This document shows, piece after piece, positions 30,988-38,872 of a stretch of 64,000 nucleotides of DNA (positions are counted from its first letter, which is position 1; each line of letters opens with the position of its first letter). A model generated the notes under the pieces. That model saw only the letters and a list, made by a program, of their open reading frames with translations. It did not search any database and was not told where the DNA came from. The position numbers were made by a program, and so were the translations under genes. The stretch is from Pseudomonadota bacterium (lineage in GTDB: Bacteria > Pseudomonadota > Gammaproteobacteria > Pseudomonadales > Azotimanducaceae), in assembly GCA_039029135.1 (NCBI GenBank), contig JBCCGT010000002.1, positions 86,714 to 150,713 of the forward strand, read 5' to 3'.

Positions 30988-32157
30988 ATGGAACGATCGC
31001 TGCTGCGCTTCAGACTGCTCGGCCCGGTGACGAATGCCGTGAACCTTCACGCGCGGCGGCTGTTCGCCCGCTACCTGACCGGTCTAACGGCAGCTCTCAG
31101 CGCCATAGCGCTGCTCGCCATGCCCTGCCACGCTGACGAGCGTCAGTACACATTCTCTTGGCAGTTCGAACAGGACGCGGCACTCAAGCCACGCGGGGGC
31201 ACCACCCGCGGCGGCCCGCTGACGCTCGCGACGTCACCCTCGGCCGCCTACCAGCGGCTTGCGGCCGCGCGGGACGCCGGCAAGAGCGCCAAGGTCCTCG
31301 ACCGACTCGCGATCCTGGCCATGGCTGGCGACTACCGGGCGAGCTTCGACTTTCTGGAAACCATCGGCTACACGGCGGACTACAACCCGTCACAGCCCTA
31401 TCAGTCCTGGGGCACCGAGCGGGTTTACGTGCTGGTCGACGAACCGGAGCGTGTCGAGCTGCAGCACGTGCTGGTCATGCAGATGCGCAACAAGGACGGC
31501 AGCCTCACGGAACCCATGGCTATGAAACATTGGCGCCAGGCCTGGCGCTATGAGGATCGGGATCTGCACACCTACCGCGGCGCTCGCAACTGGGAACATC
31601 GCCGCCTCAGCCGCGGCGCCGCCCGCAGCCGCTGGACCCAGGCCGTGTTCCAGGTCGACGATTCTCCGCGCTACGAGGCAAGCGGCCGCTGGACACACGA
31701 CCACGGCGTCTCGAGCTGGACCAGCGACACCACCTGGAGGCCGCTGCCGCGACGCGAACACAGCGTCCGCAAGGACTATCAGGTGCTGATCGGCACCAAT
31801 ACGCACATCATTAACCCGACCGGCTGGGTGCAGCGGGAAAGCAACCGCAAAGTGGTACTGGACGCTGACGGACAACCGTTAACGACCCTCGCCGCCGAAG
31901 AGGGCCTCAATCGCTACGAGCGCCTAGACGGCTTCGACTTCGCGGCCGGCGATCTATATCTGCAGAAGACCGGCTCCTACTGGGCCGCCGTGCGCGACTA
32001 CTGGGACACGACACTGGATCAGCGACGCGACTTTCGACTCGCGAGCCAGGTGGACGGCATGCCGCTCTTCGCCGCGATGTTCGCGGCGGCCGAGGCCGGG
32101 AGCGACGCCGCGTCCCCGGCCAGCGCCATCGCGCCCTACCTGGAACTCGCCAGGTGA
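30988..32157 (+). CDS. uncharacterised secreted protein, predicted Fur-regulated
   Basis: 389 aa. Signal-like YLTGLTAALSAIALLAMPCHA. Trp/Arg/Asp-rich mature part. I recognised no catalytic motif. Confidence 0.6.
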   Translation: MERSLLRFRLLGPVTNAVNLHARRLFARYLTGLTAALSAIALLAMPCHADERQYTFSWQFEQDAALKPRGGTTRGGPLTLATSPSAAYQRLAAARDAGKSAKVLDRLAILAMAGDYRASFDFLETIGYTADYNPSQPYQSWGTERVYVLVDEPERVELQHVLVMQMRNKDGSLTEPMAMKHWRQAWRYEDRDLHTYRGARNWEHRRLSRGAARSRWTQAVFQVDDSPRYEASGRWTHDHGVSSWTSDTTWRPLPRREHSVRKDYQVLIGTNTHIINPTGWVQRESNRKVVLDADGQPLTTLAAEEGLNRYERLDGFDFAAGDLYLQKTGSYWAAVRDYWDTTLDQRRDFRLASQVDGMPLFAAMFAAAEAGSDAASPASAIAPYLELAR

Positions 32158-32342
32158 GGCGCGGCATCGAACCTTTAGGCCAGGCGCCCGGCCTGCAGCC
32201 CCTCAAACCCCAGCCGCACGCGCATCTCAACAAGGGCTACCAGGCACCCAAGGCGCGGTTGACGTCCGCACAGCGCGTGGCGCTGGGCTGTGGCTGGCTG
32301 CTGTTCATGGGCCTGTACATCGGGAGCTGGTGGCTCGTCTGA
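32154..32342 (+). CDS. possible small membrane protein (62 aa)
   Basis: The GTG at 32154 overlaps the preceding stop (GTGA). The C-terminus VALGCGWLLFMGLYIGSWWLV forms one TM helix. There is no homology argument. Confidence 0.3.
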   Translation: MRRGIEPLGQAPGLQPLKPQPHAHLNKGYQAPKARLTSAQRVALGCGWLLFMGLYIGSWWLV

Positions 32343-32427
32343 CCAAGCCCGAGCGGCGCCCGCCATATTCGCCACAGCGCGCTCCACGCGGGCCGCGCTC
32401 ACGCTAACCCCTTCGGGAGAAATCGTT

Positions 32428-33195
32428 TTGCCAGCCCAGTACCAGCTCACCGTCGCACACAACGATTCGCTGACGCCCCACATGCGACGCATACGTCTGA
32501 CCGGCAGCGACCTGCGCGACTTCCCGGCGGATCAGGAGAGCGGCTACGTGAAGCTGCTGGTTGAGCGCGAAGACGGCGAGACCGTGCCACGGTCGTACAC
32601 GATCCGCGCGTTCGATGCGCGCCGCGAAATGCTAACGCTCGACTTCGTCGACCACGGCGACTCCGGTCCCGCGTCCGCTTGGGCACGCCGCGCCGAGCCG
32701 GGCGCCGCGGTGACCATTCGGGGACCGGGCGAAAAGAAGCTCGCCGATCCCGCGGCCGACTGGTTCTTTCTGGCCGCCGACCTCAGCGCCCTGCCCGCGC
32801 TGGCCGTCAATCTGGAGGTCCTGCGACGCGACGCATCCGGCTACGCGATCATCGAGGTGCCGAGCCTGGATGACCGGCAGAATATCGACGCTCCGACCGG
32901 CATAGACGTCCAGTGGATCGTCAACGAGGACGCCGCCGCGCCCAACCGCGCACTGGTCGACACGGTGCTGCGGCAACCGTGGTTGGAGGGACGCGCCTAT
33001 CCGTGGTTTGCCGGCGAGTTCGACGGTATGCGCGCGCTGCGCAAGTACTTCCGCGACGAGCGCGGCATCGATCGCAAGGCCATGTATCTGAGCTGCTACT
33101 GGAAGCTGGGCGACACCGACGAGGGCATGAAAAAAGCCAAGCGCCGGGACGCGGAAAGCGACGCGCAGACGCTCACGGCCGTCGGCGCGCGCTGA
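32428..33195 (+). CDS. siderophore-interacting protein (ViuB/SIP-type ferric-siderophore reductase)
   Basis: The TTG at 32428 has GGGAGA 7 nt upstream. FAD-binding motif RSYTIRAFD. NAD(P)H-domain pattern FFLAADLSALPA...GEFDGMRALRKYF...YWKLG. Confidence 0.8.
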   Translation: MPAQYQLTVAHNDSLTPHMRRIRLTGSDLRDFPADQESGYVKLLVEREDGETVPRSYTIRAFDARREMLTLDFVDHGDSGPASAWARRAEPGAAVTIRGPGEKKLADPAADWFFLAADLSALPALAVNLEVLRRDASGYAIIEVPSLDDRQNIDAPTGIDVQWIVNEDAAAPNRALVDTVLRQPWLEGRAYPWFAGEFDGMRALRKYFRDERGIDRKAMYLSCYWKLGDTDEGMKKAKRRDAESDAQTLTAVGAR

Positions 33196-33249
33196 GCGGC
33201 AGATCGCGGCGTCGGCGCCGGGCGACATCCGTGCTACGGTCGGCCGACG

Positions 33250-33678
33250 ATGAAGGCATCCAGCACACCGAATGCGACGGCGCAGCTGCGCGCCCTGACC
33301 GATCTTGTCCGCGAGACCGGGCAGGCCCTCCCCGAGATAAGCGCCAGCGGCGGACTGGTCGAGACGCTCCGGTGGGGGCAGACGTCATTTATGCCCGCCA
33401 AGGCGCGTGTTGGGACCACCGTGCGCGTGGACCAGCATGACGACGCCCACGTTGCGCTGTACGTGCACTGCCAGACCAGCCTGATCGACAGCTTCCGGAC
33501 GCTGCTCCCCGACTTGACCTACGCGGGCAATCGCGCGGTGCTGTTTCCGTGCGACGAGCCACTGCCAAGCGACGAAATCCGGCTCTGCGTCGAAGCCGCG
33601 CTGCTGTACCACTACAACAAGCGCCGCCCTAGGCCAGCCACCGGCCGGCCGTCGGCGGCGACGCGCCGACGCTCATGA
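33250..33678 (+). CDS. DUF1801 (YdhG-like) domain protein
   Basis: 142 aa. The ETLRWGQTSF...HVALYVHC...AVLFPCDEPLP pattern resembles DUF1801. A weak call. Confidence 0.4.
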   Translation: MKASSTPNATAQLRALTDLVRETGQALPEISASGGLVETLRWGQTSFMPAKARVGTTVRVDQHDDAHVALYVHCQTSLIDSFRTLLPDLTYAGNRAVLFPCDEPLPSDEIRLCVEAALLYHYNKRRPRPATGRPSAATRRRS

Positions 33679-34130
33679 CGACCGTGCCCCTCCCTGATCT
33701 CGGTGCGCGACCGCTTACGGTAGAGTGCACCGCCCGCATCGCCGCGCCGCCCGCAGCCGTGTTCGCCGCCTGGAGCACCGATATCGATCGCTGGTTCGCC
33801 CAGCCGGGCACCGTCGCGATGGTGCCGGAACCCGGCCGACCGTACTTCTTCTACAACCGCGATGACTGGGGGCGACACCCCCACTACGGACGCTTCCTAA
33901 GCGTGCACGAGCACCGCCTGCTTGAGATGACGTGGATCACGGGCAACGGCACCCAGGAGGGCACGGCGGGGGCGGAGACGGTACTGCGGATCGAGCTCGA
34001 CGGGCACGGCGGCAACACCGGGATCCGCCTGCTGCATTCGGGGTTTGTCTCAGAAGCCTCGCGCGCCGGTCATCAGGACAACTGGCCGCTCGCTCTGGAT
34101 GAACTGGCGGCCGCGTTGGCATCAGGCTGA
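33675..34130 (+). CDS. SRPBCC (AHSA1/START-like) domain protein
   Basis: The ATG overlaps the preceding stop (ATGA). FAAWSTDIDRWF...LLEMTWI...TVLRIEL is typical of the Aha1/SRPBCC family. Confidence 0.6.
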   Translation: MTTVPLPDLGARPLTVECTARIAAPPAAVFAAWSTDIDRWFAQPGTVAMVPEPGRPYFFYNRDDWGRHPHYGRFLSVHEHRLLEMTWITGNGTQEGTAGAETVLRIELDGHGGNTGIRLLHSGFVSEASRAGHQDNWPLALDELAAALASG

Positions 34131-34182
34131 GCGCTGCGGGCGAGTTCCACGCCGCGAGCTTCAGCGGGGCGCAAGAAAAACG

Positions 34183-35184
34183 TCAGCAAAAGCGCTCAGG
34201 CCCTGACCACTGGCCCGCGCTATAGCGATCGCCGTGACACCAGCCGACCGGTAGCACGGCCTCGATCCGAGCCAGGTCGGTATCCGTCAGTCGCAGCTCG
34301 GTACCGGCGACCAGCTCCTCGAGGTGCGCCACGGAGCGCGTTCCAGGAATGGGCAAAACATGCTCGCCCTGCGCATGCAGCCAGGCGATCGCGAGCCCAC
34401 CGGCAGGCACGCCCATCTCGGCGGCGAGCCGACGATAGGACTCGGTCGCCGCGAGGTTGCGCTCTAGAGCGATGCGCTGAAAGCGCGGATTCACCTGCAT
34501 GAACGCAAGGCTCTGACAGGTCTCGAAGTCGAGCGGCCGGTCGGTGAGCAGCGACCGGCCGACGGGAGAGAACGCGACCAGAGACGCCCCGAGGTCCCGC
34601 GTCCGCTGCACGAGACCCAGCTCCGGCGCCCGCGTCGACAGCGAATACTCCGACTGCACCGCGGCAACCGGCTGCACCGCGTGCGCGACCTGCAGCGACG
34701 TCGGCGCGATCTCGGAAAACCCGACCTGCCGCGTCTTGCCTGTCTGCACCAACGCACCGAGGGTTTCCGCGACCTCTTCGATCGGCGTGTCGGCATCGCG
34801 GCGATGCACGTAGAACAGCTCGACCTGCTCGACGCCCAGCCGCGTGAGCGATTTGTCGAGCTCGCCTTCCAGGTGGGCGCGCGTGTTGTCGTAGGTGCGC
34901 GCCCCGTCGGGCGTTGTGGTGATGCCGGCCTTGGTAGCGATGGTGAAACAGTCTTGCGCCTGCTTGCCCTGCTGCGCGAGAAAGGCGCCGATGCGGCGCT
35001 CGGATTCCCCCTTGCCGTACGCGTTCGAGGTATCCAGGTGCGTGATACCCAGATCGAGACAGCGCGCGAGGATCGCATGCGACGTCTCGTCGTCGGTCGG
35101 CCCATAGAAGTTGCTGAGCGACATAGCGCCGAAACCCATCGCGGAGACGGGCGTGCCAAGCTGACCCAGTTGCCGTTGTTGCAT
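34183..35184 (-). CDS. aldo/keto reductase
   Basis: MQQRQLGQLGTPVSAMGFGAMSL...LDTSNAYGKGESE...YVHRRD...IPGTRS are AKR family motifs. Confidence 0.85.
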   Translation of the reverse strand: MQQRQLGQLGTPVSAMGFGAMSLSNFYGPTDDETSHAILARCLDLGITHLDTSNAYGKGESERRIGAFLAQQGKQAQDCFTIATKAGITTTPDGARTYDNTRAHLEGELDKSLTRLGVEQVELFYVHRRDADTPIEEVAETLGALVQTGKTRQVGFSEIAPTSLQVAHAVQPVAAVQSEYSLSTRAPELGLVQRTRDLGASLVAFSPVGRSLLTDRPLDFETCQSLAFMQVNPRFQRIALERNLAATESYRRLAAEMGVPAGGLAIAWLHAQGEHVLPIPGTRSVAHLEELVAGTELRLTDTDLARIEAVLPVGWCHGDRYSAGQWSGPERFC

Positions 35185-35223
35185 CGCGCTACCCCTTTAT
35201 CGCTTCTTATCCCTTCAACCTTT

Positions 35224-36609
35224 TTACTGCAGGCCGCCGCGCGTCAGCTGATCGGGATCCAGGATGCGGCGCAGCTCGTCCTCTGCGATGTCCGTCTGCT
35301 CGACCGCGACGTCGAGAATCGGGCGCCCGTCCTTGTAGGCCGCCTTGGCAATCTCAGCGGCCTTGGCGTAGCCGATGACCGGATTCAGGGCAGTGACCAA
35401 GATGGGGTTGCGGTGCAGCGGCCCGGCCAGGCTGTCCGCGTTGACCTCGAAGGTGGCGATGGCGCGATCCGCGAGCAGCCGCGAGCTGTTGGCTAGCAGG
35501 TCGATGCTGCCTAGGAGGTTGTCCGCGATCACGGGCAGCATGACGTTCAGCTCGAAGTTGCCGGATTGACCCCCATTGGTAATCGCCGCATCGTTACCGA
35601 TGACCTGAGCGGCGACCATCGCCGTGGACTCGGGAATCACCGGGTTGACCTTGCCCGGCATGATGGACGAGCCGGGTTGCAGGGCCTCGAGCGTGATCTC
35701 ACCCAGCCCGGCAAGCGGTCCGGAGTTCATCCAGCGCAGGTCGTTGGCGATCTTTAGCAGCGCGACGGCCAGCGTCTTGAGCTGACCCGAGAGCGCCACC
35801 GCCGCGTCCTGGGATCCCAGCAGCGGAAAGTAGTTGGCCGCCGTCTGGAAGGCCACGCCGGTAGCATCGCTGAGATGCTGCGCGAAGCGCGCCCCGAATT
35901 CCGGGTGCGTGTTGATACCGGTGCCGACGGCGGTGCCGCCCAGCGCCAGTTCCTGCACGCCGGGTAGGACCGCGACCAGCCGCGCCTGCGCGTTGCGCAG
36001 TTGGTCGGCCCAGCTGCGCAGGCTCTGCGCCAGGGAAATCGGCATCGCATCCATCAGGTGGGTGCGGCCGGTCTTGTAAACCGTTTCCAGCTTCGCGGCC
36101 CGCGCTTCGATGGTGTCGATCAGGTGGATCAGCGCGGGCTGCAGTCGTTCGTGCACACCCAGCGCGGCGCTGACGTGGATCGTGGTCGGAATGACGTCGT
36201 TAGAGCTCTGACCGAAGTTGACGTGGTCGTTGGCGTTTACTTCGCTGCCCAGCGCGCGGCTCGCGAGCGTCGCCACCACCTCATTGGCGTTCATGTTGGT
36301 GCTGGTGCCCGAGCCGGTTTGAAACACATCGAGCGGAAAGTGGCGCATGACGTCATCGTCGTCGGCAAGCGAAGCACATACAGAGGCGATCGCATCCGCC
36401 ATGTCAGCGGGCAGGCAATCGAGCGCGGCGTTGGTCTTGGCCGCGTTCGCCTTGACGAGCAGCAGGGCGTCGATGAACGCGCGCGGCATGCGCCGTCCAC
36501 TAACCGGAAAGTTCTCGATGGCGCGCTGGGTCTGGGCGCCGTAGAGCGCATCCGCCGGTACCGTCAATTCGCCCATGCTGTCTTTGACAACACGTGTGCC
36601 CTCAGTCAT
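35224..36609 (-). CDS. fumC: class II fumarate hydratase (FumC; aspartase/fumarase superfamily)
   Basis: Signature GSSIMPGKVNP. The N-terminus KDSMGELTVPADALYGAQTQRA resembles FumC more than AspA. AGAGGA lies upstream of the ATG at 36609. Confidence 0.8.
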   Translation of the reverse strand: MTEGTRVVKDSMGELTVPADALYGAQTQRAIENFPVSGRRMPRAFIDALLLVKANAAKTNAALDCLPADMADAIASVCASLADDDDVMRHFPLDVFQTGSGTSTNMNANEVVATLASRALGSEVNANDHVNFGQSSNDVIPTTIHVSAALGVHERLQPALIHLIDTIEARAAKLETVYKTGRTHLMDAMPISLAQSLRSWADQLRNAQARLVAVLPGVQELALGGTAVGTGINTHPEFGARFAQHLSDATGVAFQTAANYFPLLGSQDAAVALSGQLKTLAVALLKIANDLRWMNSGPLAGLGEITLEALQPGSSIMPGKVNPVIPESTAMVAAQVIGNDAAITNGGQSGNFELNVMLPVIADNLLGSIDLLANSSRLLADRAIATFEVNADSLAGPLHRNPILVTALNPVIGYAKAAEIAKAAYKDGRPILDVAVEQTDIAEDELRRILDPDQLTRGGLQ

Positions 36610-36971
36610 CTCATGTCCTCTGTGGTGTTATCGGATCTGGTATTCACTGCGTCGCGTCAGCACGCCACGCTGATGTAGCCGTATAGCCTCACGCGTTTGC
36701 GCCCATTGCGCCAGCCCCGCAGCGCGCGGCGGCGACAGTGCCGGTCGATGGCCGCTTAAGCCAAGCCGTCAGTCCCGTCCTGTCGATCGACAACGGCGCC
36801 AATAGCGGCGTCGGACGCAGGAAGCCGGCAGGATTGTCCCCGGATTCCGGGACCTCGTCGATCGCCATGGCAACGCGCAGCGGATGCCGTCGGTCGCAAC
36901 GCTCGGGGTTTCTAAAGGCTCGGCCGCGCGTCGCCGTGATTTGGCACATTTTTCGTATTCTTAATTTTAAT

Positions 36972-36996
36972 ACTTATGAGAATCGTTTGCATTTGA
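36972..36996. promoter_or_regulatory. Fur box in the fumC / sodN divergent region
   Basis: acTTATGAGAATCGTTTGCATTTGa sits inside the most AT-rich stretch of the window (tttttcgtattcttaattttaatactt...). It shares ATGAGAAT...CATTTG with the other boxes in the window. Confidence 0.6.
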
Positions 36997-37049
36997 TATG
37001 CCCGGGCGCTAGTTTGAAAGCCGTCGTTTTTTGCGGATCCCCTTAGCCT

Positions 37050-37334
37050 ATGAAGCCCATATCGAAAACCACACTCACGACAGCAGCGCTCGCGAGCCTT
37101 GCATTCAGCCCTCTCGCCGCGGCCCATCACCACGCCGAGGCGACGCTCGGCTCGGGTACAATCGGCCTGCTGCTGATGATGCTGGGCGTGCTACTGGCGA
37201 CCGTCGCGCTCGTCCTGGATCGCCACGACGGCTCGCCACCGGATGCCCGTCGCACCCTTCGCAAAAGCGCCGCTCGACTCAACCCGCTACCGCTACTGAC
37301 ACGCGCCTCGAAACTGGGAGCCAACGCACCGTGA
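37050..37334 (+). CDS. small signal-peptide/TM protein with a His-His-His motif at the predicted mature N-terminus
   Basis: 94 aa: MKPISKTTLTTAALASLAFSPLAAA|HHHAEATLGSGTIGLLLMMLGVLLATVALVL... There is an AxA cleavage site, then HHH, then one TM helix. Its stop overlaps the sodN GTG (GTGA at 37331-37334). Confidence 0.5.
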   Translation: MKPISKTTLTTAALASLAFSPLAAAHHHAEATLGSGTIGLLLMMLGVLLATVALVLDRHDGSPPDARRTLRKSAARLNPLPLLTRASKLGANAP

Positions 37335-37801
37335 AACTCTTCGACATGACTCTGCCCAGCGTCCAGGGACACTGCGACGTGCCCTGCGGCATCTACGACC
37401 CGGCCACGGCCCAGATCGCCGCGCACTCGGTCGCACGCTTTCTCGACCAGATCGCAGAGCTGCCCGAAGGCTCGCTCGATCGCGCCGCGCAGGCACGCCT
37501 CGCGCGACTGGTCAGCCAGAAGGAGGCTCACGCGGCCGAGGTGAAGGCCGCGGTCGTGGTCATCTGGGGGGACTACTTCAAGGCACCGCAGTTCGAGGCG
37601 CACCCGTCGCTGCACGAGCTCACCCACAGCATTCTCCTGACCGCCTCGGCGTGTAAACAGGAGATCGATCCCGCCAACGGTCGCAAGCTGGTCGATCTGG
37701 TGAACGACTTTGCCGAGATCTTCTGGCAGACCAAGGACGTCGACACCGAGCGGGTGGTCGCCAAGTACGCGCCGAATCTGGAGATCGTCCGGCCGCGCTA
37801 G
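37331..37801 (+). CDS. sodN: nickel superoxide dismutase precursor (SodN)
   Basis: The Ni-hook motif HCDVPCGIYDP follows a short propeptide (VKLFDMTLPSVQG if the GTG at 37331 is used, MTLPSVQG if the ATG at 37346). Size and helical remainder fit NiSOD. Confidence 0.85.
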   Translation: MKLFDMTLPSVQGHCDVPCGIYDPATAQIAAHSVARFLDQIAELPEGSLDRAAQARLARLVSQKEAHAAEVKAAVVVIWGDYFKAPQFEAHPSLHELTHSILLTASACKQEIDPANGRKLVDLVNDFAEIFWQTKDVDTERVVAKYAPNLEIVRPR

Positions 37802-37869
37802 TCGGCGCAGCGTGCTCGTCGCGTCGTCGCCGGCGCGCGCCCGAGCCTAGACGTCGAGAGGTCGAGAGG

Positions 37870-37894
37870 TCGAGCGACGCGATCCGTCGCTCGA
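37870..37894 (+). terminator. perfect 10-bp stem / 5-nt loop hairpin downstream of sodN (no U-tract)
   Basis: TCGAGCGACG-CGATC-CGTCGCTCGA, preceded by a GTCGAGAG GTCGAGAG GTCGAGCG direct repeat. Confidence 0.35.
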
Positions 37895-37957
37895 TGCTAA
37901 CGGAGGCACCCCGGAGGCTTCACAGACGGTTCACCGGGGTGTTGCCAATCTAACGGC

Positions 37958-38536
37958 ATGACCGCTGGCATGCCCACCGACAGAACCATCACCCCGCGCT
38001 GGGTCCTGTGTCTTGCGCTGCTCGCCTGCCTGATTGCGGCCAATGCGGCCAGTGAGACACACACCATGTTCGACGCGAGCGCAGAAGGCCACTCCTGGCA
38101 AATCGTCAACGACACCGTGATGGGCGGGCGATCGAGCTCGACGTTCGATCACACCGACGAGGGGTTCGTGTTCTCCGGGCTGCTCAACAACAACGGCGGC
38201 GGCTTCGCGTCGGTGCGGGCCAGAGCCCCTTCGGGCGGCATCACCGGCAGCGACGCGATCCGTCTGACCGTCCTGGGCGATGGACGCACCTACCAGCTAC
38301 GTCTGAACAGTCGACGCCATCGCTACAACTACCAGCACAAGTTCGCCACCCGCGCGGGCGAGTGGCAGACCCACACGCTGCCGCTCGACGACTTCCGGGC
38401 GAGCTGGCGCGGCCGCAAGCTCGATCGGCCGGCGCCCGACCCCACCGACGTGATGGGCTTCGGGATTCTGCTGGCCGACGGCAGAGATGGGCCGTTCCGT
38501 ATCGCGGTGGACCGTATCGAAGCGATCCAGCGCTAA
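37958..38536 (+). CDS. CIA30 (complex I intermediate-associated protein 30-like) family protein, secreted
   Basis: Signal peptide followed by WQIVNDTVMGGRSSSTF, the hallmark CIA30 motif. Confidence 0.7.
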   Translation: MTAGMPTDRTITPRWVLCLALLACLIAANAASETHTMFDASAEGHSWQIVNDTVMGGRSSSTFDHTDEGFVFSGLLNNNGGGFASVRARAPSGGITGSDAIRLTVLGDGRTYQLRLNSRRHRYNYQHKFATRAGEWQTHTLPLDDFRASWRGRKLDRPAPDPTDVMGFGILLADGRDGPFRIAVDRIEAIQR

Positions 38537-38540
38537 CCCT

Positions 38541-38567
38541 CTGCGGGCCGAAGTTCGGCCACCGCAG
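38541..38567 (+). terminator. GC-rich hairpin after the CIA30 gene (no U-tract)
   Basis: CTGCG-GGCCGA-agt-TCGGCC-ac-CGCAG. Confidence 0.3.
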
Positions 38568-38793
38568 CCTGGCGGCGACCATTTGCTGTTAGCGATGGCG
38601 CCCCTCTGACATCCCGCTTCGCCTGGATTTACGCAGCTTTATAGCCCTTCTCCCCCGTCCGGTCCGTCTGCGGCCGGACGCCCCCCGTGACGCCGCGCCA
38701 CGCCGGCGCAGAGCGCCTGTGCACCCCACTGGAACATCGCCAAAACCGCCCCGCTAGAGGATTGCGGTTCGATCGGGCCGCACGGTATGATTA

Positions 38794-38820
38794 AATGATA
38801 ATGAGAATAATTACCATTTG
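38794..38820. promoter_or_regulatory. Fur box (best match in the window)
   Basis: GATAATGAGAATAATTACC (38797-38815) matches GATAATGATAATCATTATC at 16 of 19 positions. It lies about 55 nt upstream of the receptor start. Confidence 0.8.
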
Positions 38821-38872
38821 CAGTTTCATCAGCAAAGCAACTCACAAGCGACATAACCAAGGGGAAAGGTCG

